64,000 bases of DNA from Verrucomicrobiota bacterium (GCA_039798785.1 JBDKFG010000001.1:32001-96000); one strand, 5' to 3'. Positions 26,813 to 36,611 are shown, numbered from the stretch's first letter. Program-made: numbers and translations. The notes: generated from the letters alone by a model not told the origin.

Positions 26813-27856
26813 TTAAGGCCGTCCCGAGCGGATCCAGGCGTCGAGCTGGGCGAAGCCGATGCCAGTCCCTTGGCGAACGCGATCTTCCGGTACTTGCGCG
26901 CTCCGCAACATTTCCGCCGAGCTTAGCGCGATTCGCAATTTGTCGGCCTCTGCTTTCTGCTTGTCGGCCTCTGCTTTCTGCTTGTCGGCCTCTGCTTTCT
27001 GCTTGTCGGCCTCTGCTTTCTGCTTGTCGGCCTCTGCTTTTTTGCGGGCTTTGACTTCCGATTTTTTCTCGGCTTGGGCTTTGTCCCGTTCTTCCTCGAG
27101 GCGCTGGTTGCGGCGCTCGCGGCGACGGAGGTCGTCCAGATATTCGTCCTCGATCGTCATCCTCTGGCGCATCTCCTCAGATTCTCCGGCGCGACCGAGG
27201 CGGCGTAGGACGGGACGGAATTCCTCCGGCAACTGGCTTTCGTCGACGATCAGAGTGTGCTGATCCTGGGGATCTCTGCGATGCTGGTCAAAGACTTTAA
27301 GCAGGCTTTCGAGGGAGTTGCGTGCGGCGTCGTGGAGATTGGGAATCTGGATGATGAAGCTGTCGTGAGTCAGGCATTCGATGAAGGGGCTGTGGCCAAC
27401 GAGTTTTTTGCCGGTGATGGCGTCGAGCTGCTGTCTTGACACCTTGATTGCCGGCACCTCGGGCATGCCGCTGAGCTTGTGGCCGAGGAGATAGATCGCC
27501 AGCACCGGCAAGGGCTGCGGCAGCTCATCCGGCGGCAGGCCGGGGACGACGTTGGCGGGATTGGCGTACTGCTGGCCGAGGTAGCGACGGAAACGCATGA
27601 TGTCTTCGGCTTCTTTGGCCTTCTGAATCTCAATCAGAACCAGTTGGAAGCCTCCCTTAGCAAGCTTGACATGGGCACAGAAATCAAGACGGTAGACGAG
27701 CAGGCCGCTGTTGACTTCAGCTTGGATCTCGGTCGGGCGGGGCTCGACCTTGTCGATGGCCAGCCCGGTGATCGTCGCGATCACCATCCGGGCGCAATCC
27801 GGATCTTCCATCAGGAATTTGAAGACGCTGTCGTAGAGGGGGTTGGCGATACGCAT
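26813..27856 (-). CDS. Rpn/PD-(D/E)XK-nuclease-like protein with a repetitive coiled-coil tail
   Basis: IANPLYDSVFKFLM, RLDF, IEIQKA, MRFRRYLG; KAEADKQ repeats. Confidence 0.65.
   Translation of the reverse strand: MRIANPLYDSVFKFLMEDPDCARMVIATITGLAIDKVEPRPTEIQAEVNSGLLVYRLDFCAHVKLAKGGFQLVLIEIQKAKEAEDIMRFRRYLGQQYANPANVVPGLPPDELPQPLPVLAIYLLGHKLSGMPEVPAIKVSRQQLDAITGKKLVGHSPFIECLTHDSFIIQIPNLHDAARNSLESLLKVFDQHRRDPQDQHTLIVDESQLPEEFRPVLRRLGRAGESEEMRQRMTIEDEYLDDLRRRERRNQRLEEERDKAQAEKKSEVKARKKAEADKQKAEADKQKAEADKQKAEADKQKAEADKLRIALSSAEMLRSAQVPEDRVRQGTGIGFAQLDAWIRSGRP
26940..27040 (-). repeat. 21-bp tandem repeat (about 4.8 copies) encoding KAEADKQ
   Basis: TTGTCGGCCTCTGCTTTCTGC repeated on the + strand. 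Confidence 0.95.
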
Positions 27857-27968
27857 GAAGGGGTCTTGGGTTGCTGCGCAAGTCTAGCACCAAAAGAGCT
27901 GGCGCGCCAGTGGGGCTCAGGCGATCACCAGCACTTTCCCAAGGGTCGTCGGATGATGCGGCCCTGCG

Positions 27969-29276
27969 TCAATTGAGCTCCTGGCCTGGATTCCATTCCT
28001 CGACGCAGCGGCGGACTTCCGGACGCAGCACAACCTGGGGCCGTTGCTGGCGGATCAGGGCGAAGGCTTCTGCGGGGCTTCTTCCTTGCTCGACCAGGGC
28101 GCAGGCGGCGAGACAGGCGCTGCGGGAGAAGCCGGCTTTGCAGAGAATGAGCACGGGGCCGTTCTGGGCGCGGAGAAAGTCGAGGGCGGAGTGGATCTGA
28201 TCGGGACGGGGGGTGCTGAGATCCATCACCGGCAGCTCGAGGCGGGGCAGCGAGGCGAGGCGGCGAGGAAGCTGGAAATCGGGTGTGAGATCGATCAAGG
28301 CGGCCGGTTCAGCTTGCAACAAAACTTGGGCCTCTTCGTCATCCGGAATGCGGCCGATCCAGAGCTTGTCGGTGATCCGGCTGAAGGAGGGCGCACGGCG
28401 GGCGTAGTGGCGGCGGCTCAGCTCTTGGCCGAGGCCGAAAGGCGCCATCAGGAGGCGAGAGGGGAGGGACAGCCTGCCGCCGGACTTGATCGCGCTGACG
28501 AAGCCCGGCACGCCGGCTTGGGCCAGGGCGGCGGCGAGGAGGGCGATGGCCGGCCAGAGGAAGAGGACCGCGGCGCCGCCGAGGCCGACGAGGAGGAAGC
28601 CGGCGAGGCTGAGGCCGGCCCAGAGCGTCGCGGCGGTGAAATTCGGCCGGGCGGGGAGGGGAGGGCGCTCGGGCAGGATCAGCAGGATGGCCCAGCCGAA
28701 GAGGAGGCCGCCCGCGAGGTCGACGAGGTGGTGCTGGCGGGTGAGAATGGTCGAGGCCTGGATGGCGAGGAACCAGAGGGTCCAGAAGCAGCGCGCGAGG
28801 GGCGAGGGGAAGCGGCGCCAGTAGAAGCGGAGGAGGAGGATGCCGAGGATGACATGGAGCGACGGGAAGAGGTTGTGCGGCGCGTCGATCCGGGTGAAGC
28901 TCTGCCAGACTGCGCCGGGCCAGCCGGCGATTTCCGCGCTGCCCGGGCGTTGCCAGGCGAGTTGTTGCGGCAGCAAGAGGAAGCAGGTGCAGGCGAGGAG
29001 GACGGCGGTGACGAGGCGGCGGAAGAGAAGGTGGGTTTCGGCGCGGTCGCGGCAGAGGAGGAAGGCGAGGCAGAAGAGGAGGTCGATCGACAGGTAGGGG
29101 CCGATGAAGGCGCTGACAAAGGGGATCCGCTGTTCCCATTCCATCGCCCAGGAGCCGCAATCGCCGCGAAGGGCAGTGAGCTGGTTGAGGCCGCCGTAGC
29201 CGAGGAGGAAGCTGAGGCCGGCGAGGGCGCCCAGCTTGAGCTTGAGCGAGAGGGGAGCTGGCGCGGCGGGCTTCAT
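27969..29276 (-). CDS. PAP2/dual-specificity phosphatase fusion (YnbD-like)
   Basis: WEQRIPF, PSLHV, QHHLVD, and C-terminal CKAGFSRS (CX5R). Confidence 0.88.
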   Translation of the reverse strand: MKPAAPAPLSLKLKLGALAGLSFLLGYGGLNQLTALRGDCGSWAMEWEQRIPFVSAFIGPYLSIDLLFCLAFLLCRDRAETHLLFRRLVTAVLLACTCFLLLPQQLAWQRPGSAEIAGWPGAVWQSFTRIDAPHNLFPSLHVILGILLLRFYWRRFPSPLARCFWTLWFLAIQASTILTRQHHLVDLAGGLLFGWAILLILPERPPLPARPNFTAATLWAGLSLAGFLLVGLGGAAVLFLWPAIALLAAALAQAGVPGFVSAIKSGGRLSLPSRLLMAPFGLGQELSRRHYARRAPSFSRITDKLWIGRIPDDEEAQVLLQAEPAALIDLTPDFQLPRRLASLPRLELPVMDLSTPRPDQIHSALDFLRAQNGPVLILCKAGFSRSACLAACALVEQGRSPAEAFALIRQQRPQVVLRPEVRRCVEEWNPGQELN

Positions 29277-30988
29277 CGGCCGGCCTTGCGGCAATGGAGG
29301 ACGCTGAAGATGCCGAGCTTGTCGCAACGGATGGTGTCGATGACGAAGCCCTGCTCCTCCAGGAGGGCGCGGATCTCGGCTTGCGAGCGGCAGCGCATCT
29401 CCCAGGGCTGGCCGCGGTGGTTGCGCAGGGCGGCGATCAGTTCGAGCTGCGGGTGCCAGGGCTGGTTGGTGACCAGGAGGCGTCCGTTTTCCGGCAGGAA
29501 GGCGGCGCAAGAGGCGAGGCAGCGGCGGGCCAGCTCGTTCGAGGGAAAGAGTTCAAGCAGGCCGGAAACCACGATCACGCTCGGTTGAAGCTGGGGAGCA
29601 GCCGCGGCGAAGGCGTCACCCTGGGCGAGTTGGATCCGATTCAACAATCCCTTGGCTTCGGCATGTCGACGAGTCACGGCGAGGCTGTCGGGCATGAAAT
29701 CTCGCAACTCGGCGCTGAGCTCGGGGTGGCGTTCGAGCGCTTCCATGACGTAGCCGCCGCCGCAGGCGAGGTCGAGGAGCTGGCTGGGCAGTCCCGCGGC
29801 TCGGACTTCGGCGAGGGCTTCGTCGAGCGCCTGGTGGAGGTGGAGGCGGCGCTGGCGGATGCCGATCCAGCCGGGGCTGTTCAGGTAGACGCGGTCGATC
29901 AGGCGGCCGAGGGGAGTGACGCCCTGGGCTCGGTCGCGGTAGACGTGATCGAGACTGGCGCCGGAATCGAAGCCGTGTTTCCAGCCGATGGCGATCCCTT
30001 GCGACAGGCGACCGAGGGTGGCGAGGGCAAGTTTCTGCGATCCCCGCAAGAGGCGGGTCTTGAGGCAGGGACGGCGAGTCTGCTCGAGGGCGTCGAGACT
30101 CGGGCCGAAGGCGTCTTCGTGAGCCGGCGGCAAGGCGGGGGCGGTCGGCAAGGAGCGGACCTGGTCGAGGAAGCTGCGGATCTCACCGCAGAGCGCCGCG
30201 CGTCCGCTTTCGTGGAAAACCGCGTGGTGCATCTCGGGGCAGACGAGGTGGCGCTTGGCAGGATGGCCGAGGCGCTCGAAAAGGCGGCGGCTGACCCGGT
30301 TGTTGACGACGAAATCCTTGCCGGCGGTGATCAGCAGGGTGGGCGTGCGGATCTGTCCGGCGTCGGCGAGACAGCGTTCGGCGTTGGCATAGAGGTCGAT
30401 CAGGACATTGTCGGCGATGGGGCGGAAGATCAGCGGGTCGGCCGCGTAGCGCGCGGCCTCTTCGGGGTCGTGGGTGAGCATCGAGGGGCCGACGTAGCTG
30501 GTTACCTTGCCGCTGCCGAAGAGCTTGTGGCGCAGCTTGAGCAGGGGCAGGGCGAAGGGGAGGTAGAGGCGGATGTCGAGGGCCGGGGTGGCGAGGACCA
30601 GGCCTTGCAGGCGGGGGGCGGCGTTGAGGATCCAGTTGAGGACGGTGACGGCGCCGACGCTGTGGGCGATGAGGACGCAGCGCTCTTCGATCAGGCCGTG
30701 TTCGGACTTGAGGAAGCGGAAGAAATCCTGCAGGTCCTCGGCGTAGCTGAAGAAGGATTCGGCCTCGCCTCGGGCACCGTCGCTGCGGCCGTGACCGCGG
30801 GCGTCCCAGGCGAAGAAGGCGGTGCGGCCGTCGTCGAGACGCGCGACCGTCTCGGCCCAGCGTTCGCCGTGTTCATGGCCGCGATGCAGCAGGATCACCC
30901 ACTGCTCCGGCGGGGCCTCGGGCAGCCAGGAGAAAAAGTGGAGCTGGCTGCCGTCGCGGAGGGCGCAAATCTGGGTCTGAGTCTTCAT
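29273..30988 (-). CDS. Bifunctional alpha/beta hydrolase / class I SAM methyltransferase (YnbC-like)
   Basis: LHRGHEH, WDARGHGRS, AHSVG, GFDSGASLD, NQPWHPQLELIA. Confidence 0.9.
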   Translation of the reverse strand: MKTQTQICALRDGSQLHFFSWLPEAPPEQWVILLHRGHEHGERWAETVARLDDGRTAFFAWDARGHGRSDGARGEAESFFSYAEDLQDFFRFLKSEHGLIEERCVLIAHSVGAVTVLNWILNAAPRLQGLVLATPALDIRLYLPFALPLLKLRHKLFGSGKVTSYVGPSMLTHDPEEAARYAADPLIFRPIADNVLIDLYANAERCLADAGQIRTPTLLITAGKDFVVNNRVSRRLFERLGHPAKRHLVCPEMHHAVFHESGRAALCGEIRSFLDQVRSLPTAPALPPAHEDAFGPSLDALEQTRRPCLKTRLLRGSQKLALATLGRLSQGIAIGWKHGFDSGASLDHVYRDRAQGVTPLGRLIDRVYLNSPGWIGIRQRRLHLHQALDEALAEVRAAGLPSQLLDLACGGGYVMEALERHPELSAELRDFMPDSLAVTRRHAEAKGLLNRIQLAQGDAFAAAAPQLQPSVIVVSGLLELFPSNELARRCLASCAAFLPENGRLLVTNQPWHPQLELIAALRNHRGQPWEMRCRSQAEIRALLEEQGFVIDTIRCDKLGIFSVLHCRKAGR

Positions 30989-31335
30989 GGTTGACCTTGG
31001 GGTTCGGGTTTGGCGGGAGGGACATTGCTGAGGAGATCATGCGGCAACATCAGGGTGTCGGAGATCAGCGAGAAGGGGAGATCCAGGCAGCCGAAAAGGA
31101 GCAGATATGGGCCGATTCCGAAGCAGTTGGAGGCCTCTGAACCCCTTACGTCTTGGATCAACGGCAAGAAGGGCGTAGAAATCAACAGGACGTCGAAGGT
31201 CGTAGCGGGGTAAATCTGTAAATAATCCCGGCGCATCTCGGCTTCAAATTGGGGGTTGCCACGAACAATCGTCGTGGCGCACGCCGGGGTGAGGGCTAGG
31301 AACAGACTGGCGAGGATCAGAGTTTGCAGTTTCAT
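30985..31335 (-). CDS. YceK/YidQ-family lipoprotein
   Basis: Lipobox-like TPAC; DLPFSLISDTLMLPHD. Confidence 0.8.
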   Translation of the reverse strand: MKLQTLILASLFLALTPACATTIVRGNPQFEAEMRRDYLQIYPATTFDVLLISTPFLPLIQDVRGSEASNCFGIGPYLLLFGCLDLPFSLISDTLMLPHDLLSNVPPAKPEPQGQP

Positions 31336-31467
31336 CGGGAGGCTCCGGGGTTTTTTCTCTAAGGCACGCTAGAGCCGGGAGGTACAATCATGAAACTCAT
31401 TAATATTTGGATGAGCATTGATAAAATCGATAAACGACAGGCCGGTTCAGCGGTGTAGCTTGGAAGT

Positions 31468-32193
31468 ATGGAGCCCTTCAAGTATCAACCCGCCCAGGAT
31501 CACGGCCTGGATTTGGCGCAAGCGGCGAGTAGTCCCTTGCGCGAGGCGGGTTTGGTGTCGCATCTGCTGGCGGCCATGACCGGGACGGCGCTCAAGCTCT
31601 ATCTGAAACTTTGGCATCGGCTGGAGCTGAGCGGCCTGGAGCATTTGCCGGAGGATCGGCCGCTGATCCTGATCGCCAATCACTGCAGCCATCTCGATGC
31701 GCTTTGCCTGCTCGCCGCCCTGCCGCCGCGCTGGCGCTGCCGAGCTTCGCCCTTGGCGGCCGGCGACGTCTTTTTCCCCCGTCCCTTGCGCGGCATCTTC
31801 TCCTCGCTCCTGCTCAACGCCTTTCCGGTCTGGCGCGGCCGCGCCTGCAACGAGCACTGGCAGATCCTGCGGCGGCGCTTGCACCAGGACCGGCGGATCT
31901 ACATCCTCTTTCCGGAGGGGACGCGCAGCCCCGACGGCACGCTGGGGGAATTCAAATCCGGCTGGGCCCGCCTGGTCTGCGGCGTCGAGGAGGGGCCGGC
32001 GGCGATGATCCTGCCGGCCTCGATTTCCGGCGCCTTCGAGGCCTGGCCGCGGACTGCCTCGTGGCCGCGGCCGGGCAAGATCCGCCTGTCCTTCGGGCCG
32101 GCGATCGATCTCGGCAGTCTGGCCGATGAGCGGGCGTCGTGGGATGGCCTCGCGGAGCAGGCGCGGCTGGCGGTGGGGCGACTCCAGGTTTGA
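31468..32193 (+). CDS. Lysophospholipid acyltransferase (PlsC family)
   Basis: ANHCSHLD, FPEGTRS, FKSG. Confidence 0.9.
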   Translation: MEPFKYQPAQDHGLDLAQAASSPLREAGLVSHLLAAMTGTALKLYLKLWHRLELSGLEHLPEDRPLILIANHCSHLDALCLLAALPPRWRCRASPLAAGDVFFPRPLRGIFSSLLLNAFPVWRGRACNEHWQILRRRLHQDRRIYILFPEGTRSPDGTLGEFKSGWARLVCGVEEGPAAMILPASISGAFEAWPRTASWPRPGKIRLSFGPAIDLGSLADERASWDGLAEQARLAVGRLQV

Positions 32194-32308
32194 TCGGCTT
32201 TGCGGCTTTCCGAAATTCCCTGATTTGCGGAATCGCATCCGCCTTGCCCTGGAAGCGGGCTGGGATTATTTGGAGAGTGGAAACTCGAAAAAAATCGGAG
32301 ACATAAAA

Positions 32309-33205
32309 ATGATCGCCTTGAAACGATTGATGCTCTTCATGCTGGTCAACATCGCCGTGCTCTTGACCATCTCGGTCTTTCTGCGGCTGACCGGTCTCGA
32401 CCAGATGCTTCTTGCGAAGACAGGAGGAGGCCATCTCGGCCTGCTGATCTTCTGCATGATCTGGGGCATGGGCGGCAGCTTCATCTCGCTGCTGATGTCG
32501 AGATGGATGGCGAAACGGGCTTACGGCATCGAGCCGATCGACCCGCAGAACTGCTCCGGAATGGAGCGCCGCCTGCTGGAGCGGGTTCACGCCATCGCCC
32601 GCAAGGCAGGTATGCGGACCATGCCAGAAGTCGGCATTTACGATTCTCCCGAACTCAACGCCTTCGCCACCGGCGCCTCGCAGAATTCGTCGCTGGTCGC
32701 CGTCTCCACCGGCTTGTTGAATCAGATGACTGAGGAGGAGGTGGAAGGTGTCCTGGCGCACGAGATCGCCCACATCACCAACGGCGACATGGTGACACTC
32801 GCCCTCATTCAAGGCGTAGTCAACTCCTTCGTCATGTTCTTCGCTCGCATAGTCGCCGGCGTCATCGATGCGGCGATGCGCAAGGATGACGAAGAGTCCT
32901 CCGGTCCCGGTGTGATGCATTTCGTCCTGGTGATGGTTCTGCAGGTGGCCTTCGGCTTCCTCGGCATGATCGTGGTCAACTTCTTCTCCCGCTGGCGTGA
33001 ATTCCGCGCCGATGCCGGCGGCGCCGATCTCGCCGGACGCCGGGCGATGGCGAATGCCTTGCGTCGCCTGCAGACCATGCAGGAGGTTAGGGATCCGGTG
33101 CAGCACCCCTCCTTCGCCGCCATGAAGATCTCCAATTTCGGCAGCGTGATTTCCACCCACCCGCCCTTGGAAGAGCGCATCGCACGACTCGAGGGCCGCG
33201 CTTGA
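32309..33205 (+). CDS. htpX: Zinc metalloprotease HtpX
   Basis: NAFATG, LVAVSTGLL, AHEIAHITNGDMVT, FSRWREFRADAG, STHPPLEERI. Confidence 0.95.
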   Translation: MIALKRLMLFMLVNIAVLLTISVFLRLTGLDQMLLAKTGGGHLGLLIFCMIWGMGGSFISLLMSRWMAKRAYGIEPIDPQNCSGMERRLLERVHAIARKAGMRTMPEVGIYDSPELNAFATGASQNSSLVAVSTGLLNQMTEEEVEGVLAHEIAHITNGDMVTLALIQGVVNSFVMFFARIVAGVIDAAMRKDDEESSGPGVMHFVLVMVLQVAFGFLGMIVVNFFSRWREFRADAGGADLAGRRAMANALRRLQTMQEVRDPVQHPSFAAMKISNFGSVISTHPPLEERIARLEGRA

Positions 33206-33215
33206 ATCCCGCGAC

Positions 33216-33262
33216 AAGACCAAGAAGAAGGCGCCGCATTGCGGCGCCTTCTTCTTGGTCTT
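33216..33262. terminator. Bidirectional terminator between convergent htpX and the aminopeptidase gene
   Basis: Perfect 23-bp inverted repeat AAGACCAAGAAGAAGGCGCCGCA-T-TGCGGCGCCTTCTTCTTGGTCTT. Confidence 0.85.
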
Positions 33263-33272
33263 CGCGGTTCGA

Positions 33273-35054
33273 TCAGAGCGGAGCGCAGGCCTTCTTGAGG
33301 AAGGCGAGTTCATCACCGTGAAGGTGCGGGCTGAGCTTGGCGTAGACGTTCGAGTGGTAGTCGTTGAGGTAGGCGGTCTCTTCGACGCCCAGGACTTCCT
33401 TGAGCACCGCCTGGGTGTCGATGGGGCAGAGGGTCAGGGCTTCGAGATCGTAGAACCGGCCGTGTTCGGAGGCTGAGTGCTCCTTGCAGAGCAGGATGTT
33501 TTCGATGCGGATGCCGTAGCGGTCCTTGAGATAGACGCCGGGTTCGTTGGTGATCACCATGCCGGGGAGGATGGCCTGGTCGATGAAGCCGGGGCTGACG
33601 CTGTGCGGGCCTTCATGGACGTTGTTGAAGAAGCCGACGCCGTGGCCGGTGCCGCAGGCGTAGTTGATCGAATCGCGCCAGAGGGCCTGGCGGGCGAGGA
33701 TGTCGAGCTGAAGACCGCGGGTGCCGTGCATGAAGACGGCGCGCGAGAGGCTGAGCATGCCCTTGAGGACAAGAGTGTAGTGGCGCTTCTGCTCGGCGCT
33801 GACGGGCCCGCAGACGAAGGTGCGGGTGATGTCGGTGGTGCCGTCGTCGTACTGGCCGCCGGAGTCGAGGAGGAAGAAGCCTTCGGGCTTGACCTGGGTT
33901 TCGACGCCGTCCTTGAGGCCGTAGTGCATCATCGCGGCGTTGGCGCCGTAGCCGGGGATGGAAGTGAAGCTGAGGCCGCGGAAGAGATCCAGCTTGGCGC
34001 GCTCGCCGTCGATGCGATTGGAGATCATCCGCTCAGTCAGCTTGCCGCTGCCGACGTTCTGGTAGAACCAGGTGAGGAACTTCACCATGGCGAGGCCGTC
34101 GCGGACGAAGCAGTTCCGCCAGTTGGCGATCTCGGTGGGGTTCTTGACCGCCTTCATCAGGATCGAAGGGGCGCGCTTCTCGATCAGCTCGCAGCCGTGT
34201 TTGCGGAGGGTCTGGACGGTGAGGATGTTGCTCTGGGCGGGGTCGACCAGGACCTTACGGCCGGCGAGCTTGGAAAGGTCCGCGAAGAAGGCGTCATATT
34301 CGGCCAGACCGATGCCGTCGGCGGCGAGGCGGGCACGGATCTCCGAGCTGAAGCGGGCGGTGTGGGCGTGCAGGGTGGCGCTGTTGTCGGTGACCACCAG
34401 GTAGGCGTGGAAGAAGGGCGAGGTGGTGACGTCGGTGCCGCGGAGGTTGACGAGGTAGCCGATGTCATCGAGGGAGTTGAGGACGTGGGCGGTGGTGCCT
34501 GCCTTTTTCATCTCGGCGCGGACCTTCTCGAGCTTGGCGGCGGCATTTTCGCCGGCGTATTTGAGCTCGTGCTCAAAGACCGGATTCATCGGGAAGGGAG
34601 GGCGCTCGAGCCAGACCAGATCGGCGAGATCCTCTTCCGTGACCAGGGCGATGTTCTTCTTCTTCAGGTTGGCTTCGACATCTGCCAAGGCCTTGGCCAT
34701 CATCGTGGCGCCGTAGAAGCCGAGGCGAGAGCCCTCGGGGAGATTCTCTGCGACCCAGACGTTCCAAGCTGGAACGTCCGGCTTGCCGAAATAGATGATG
34801 TCGATGCCGGTGCCGGCCAGCTCCATCTCCGCCTGGATCCAGTAACGGCCGTCAGCCCAGACATAGGCCTTGTCCTTGAGAACCACCATCGAAGCCACTG
34901 AGGCGGTGAAGCCGGAGAGGTACTGACGGGCCTTCCACCGCACCGGCAGATATTCCGAGTTGTGCGGGTCGGAAGCCGGTGCTACCCAGGCGTCGAGATT
35001 GCGTTTGGCCATTTCGGCGCGAAGGGCGGCAAGACGGGCGGGAATCGGAGACAT
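33273..35054 (-). CDS. Aminopeptidase P family (M24) protein
   Basis: DPHNSEY, DSGGQYDDGTTDITRT, GTGHGVG..NVHEGP, NEPGVY, GIRIEN. Confidence 0.95.
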   Translation of the reverse strand: MSPIPARLAALRAEMAKRNLDAWVAPASDPHNSEYLPVRWKARQYLSGFTASVASMVVLKDKAYVWADGRYWIQAEMELAGTGIDIIYFGKPDVPAWNVWVAENLPEGSRLGFYGATMMAKALADVEANLKKKNIALVTEEDLADLVWLERPPFPMNPVFEHELKYAGENAAAKLEKVRAEMKKAGTTAHVLNSLDDIGYLVNLRGTDVTTSPFFHAYLVVTDNSATLHAHTARFSSEIRARLAADGIGLAEYDAFFADLSKLAGRKVLVDPAQSNILTVQTLRKHGCELIEKRAPSILMKAVKNPTEIANWRNCFVRDGLAMVKFLTWFYQNVGSGKLTERMISNRIDGERAKLDLFRGLSFTSIPGYGANAAMMHYGLKDGVETQVKPEGFFLLDSGGQYDDGTTDITRTFVCGPVSAEQKRHYTLVLKGMLSLSRAVFMHGTRGLQLDILARQALWRDSINYACGTGHGVGFFNNVHEGPHSVSPGFIDQAILPGMVITNEPGVYLKDRYGIRIENILLCKEHSASEHGRFYDLEALTLCPIDTQAVLKEVLGVEETAYLNDYHSNVYAKLSPHLHGDELAFLKKACAPL

Positions 35055-35284
35055 GGATTTCCTTTGGGATGTTCGTTTGAGCAGGGCGAAATCTATATGA
35101 CAAGAGCGCTTGGACAAGGGTCCGCAAGTGGATTATATCTATTGTCTACAATGTTAATTTAATGTCATAATTAGCTCTAGGTATTATGGCTTAGGGAGTG
35201 TGGTGTGATTTGGGATGTGTATTTGCTTGTGATAAAAACGATCCGGCGAGGTGCCGGACCGCAAATAGAACAGGAGAGAGGACC

Positions 35285-35785
35285 ATGATTATCGAAGTGA
35301 CTGGCGACATTCTTCTCAGCGGTGCTGAAGCGCTGGCGCACGGTGTGGCTCCGGCTGATCATTTTGACAGCGGGCTGGCCTTGCAATTGCGCGAGAAGTG
35401 GCCAGTGATGGTGAAGGATTTCCGGCATTGGTGCCACGGCCAGAATCCGAAGGAGGGCGAGATCTGGGCCTGGGCCGGGGCGGGAGCGCCGCGTATCGTC
35501 AGCCTGTTGGTGCAGGAGGCGGCGTTGGGCCACAGCGGGCGGCCTGGGCGGGCGCACACCGAGCATGTCAATCACTGTTTGCGTGCCTTGGCGGACTGGG
35601 TCCGCAAGGAACAGGTGAAATCCCTGGCTCTGCCGCGTCTGGCGACGGGTGTCGGCCATCTCGACTGGGCGGCTGTGAAGCCCATGATCGAGAAGCATCT
35701 CTCAGGGCTGGGGATTCCCGTCTATTTGTACAGCGTCTATGAAAAAGGCGTGAAAGCTGAGGAGCGAGCGGCTTTGAAGGTCTGA
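35285..35785 (+). CDS. Macro-domain (ADP-ribose binding/hydrolase) protein
   Basis: EVTGDILL, HGVAPADHFDSGLALQL, SLALPRLATGVGHLDW. Confidence 0.85.
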   Translation: MIIEVTGDILLSGAEALAHGVAPADHFDSGLALQLREKWPVMVKDFRHWCHGQNPKEGEIWAWAGAGAPRIVSLLVQEAALGHSGRPGRAHTEHVNHCLRALADWVRKEQVKSLALPRLATGVGHLDWAAVKPMIEKHLSGLGIPVYLYSVYEKGVKAEERAALKV

Positions 35786-35829
35786 AGATTGGGGCCGGGG
35801 GCTGAGCCTCCGGCCTTTCCGCAGTTGGA

Positions 35830-36516
35830 TCAGAGCTCGAAGTTGAAGCCGCGATCAAGGAGGCGCCGGTAGGCCTTGGCGTCGAAGCGGTGCAGGCGTG
35901 CTGGTCGGCCGGGAAGCCCCTGCACCCTTTCGTCGAGCTCCTCGATGATGCCGAAGCTGAGGAATTTTTTGCGGAAATTGCGCTTGTCGAGCTCGCGTCC
36001 GAGGATCTGCTCGTAGAGCTCCTGCAGCTGCGACAGCTTGAACTTCTCCGGCAGGAGCTCGAAGCCGATCGGCTGGTAGCGCACCTTGCCTTTCACGCGA
36101 TTGCGGGCCGCCGCGATGATTTCGGCGTGGTCGAAGGCGAGCTCGGGGATCGCGTCGAGGCGGAACCAGGCCGCGTCGTCGGCGTCGGTCGCCGCCTGGA
36201 CGCGGTGGTCGCCGAGCTTGACCAGGGCGTAATAGGCGACCGAGATGACGCGCTCGCGGGGGTCGCGTTTGAGGGCGCTGAAAGTGTAGAGCTGCTCCAG
36301 GAAGATCTTCTTCAGTCCGGTCTCCTCGCGCAGTTCGCGCAAGGCCGCCTCGTCGAGGGTCTCGTCGACCCGGACGAAGCCGCCGGGCAAGGCCCAGCGT
36401 CCCTTGAAAGGAGCCAGGCCGCGGCGGATCAAGAGCACCTTCAGTCCCTCCTCATCCAGGCCGAAAACCACACAGTCGACGGTCAGCGCCGGTCGCGGAT
36501 ACTCGTAGGTCGCCAT
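35830..36516 (-). CDS. nrtR: NrtR-family regulator (Nudix plus winged helix)
   Basis: [15 protein letters not shown], Nudix box [28 protein letters not shown]. Confidence 0.88.
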   Translation of the reverse strand: MATYEYPRPALTVDCVVFGLDEEGLKVLLIRRGLAPFKGRWALPGGFVRVDETLDEAALRELREETGLKKIFLEQLYTFSALKRDPRERVISVAYYALVKLGDHRVQAATDADDAAWFRLDAIPELAFDHAEIIAAARNRVKGKVRYQPIGFELLPEKFKLSQLQELYEQILGRELDKRNFRKKFLSFGIIEELDERVQGLPGRPARLHRFDAKAYRRLLDRGFNFEL

Positions 36517-36569
36517 GAACCACTCTCCTGCTGCTGGGAATTGGCAGCCAAGATAGACCGGGGCCTTGG

Positions 36570-36586
36570 CGTGTCAAATCGACACG
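36570..36586. promoter_or_regulatory. Candidate NrtR operator CGTGTC-AAATC-GACACG
   Basis: Perfect palindrome with the GT-N7-AC core of NrtR sites, 54 bp upstream of nrtR. Confidence 0.6.
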
Positions 36587-36611
36587 ATTTCGACGGCGGA
36601 GGGGTTGGGAC

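Noticed and set aside
28044..34901. Long antisense or alternative-frame ORFs (e.g. 28044-29588, 29294-30994, 33477-34901; also 5223-6860, 37521-38969, 48296-49939)
   Set aside because: Shadow ORFs caused by high GC3 codon bias opposite clearly identifiable genes.
35285..35785. DarTG toxin-antitoxin system
   Set aside because: Stand-alone short macro domain with no DarT-like neighbour and no DarG C-terminal domain.
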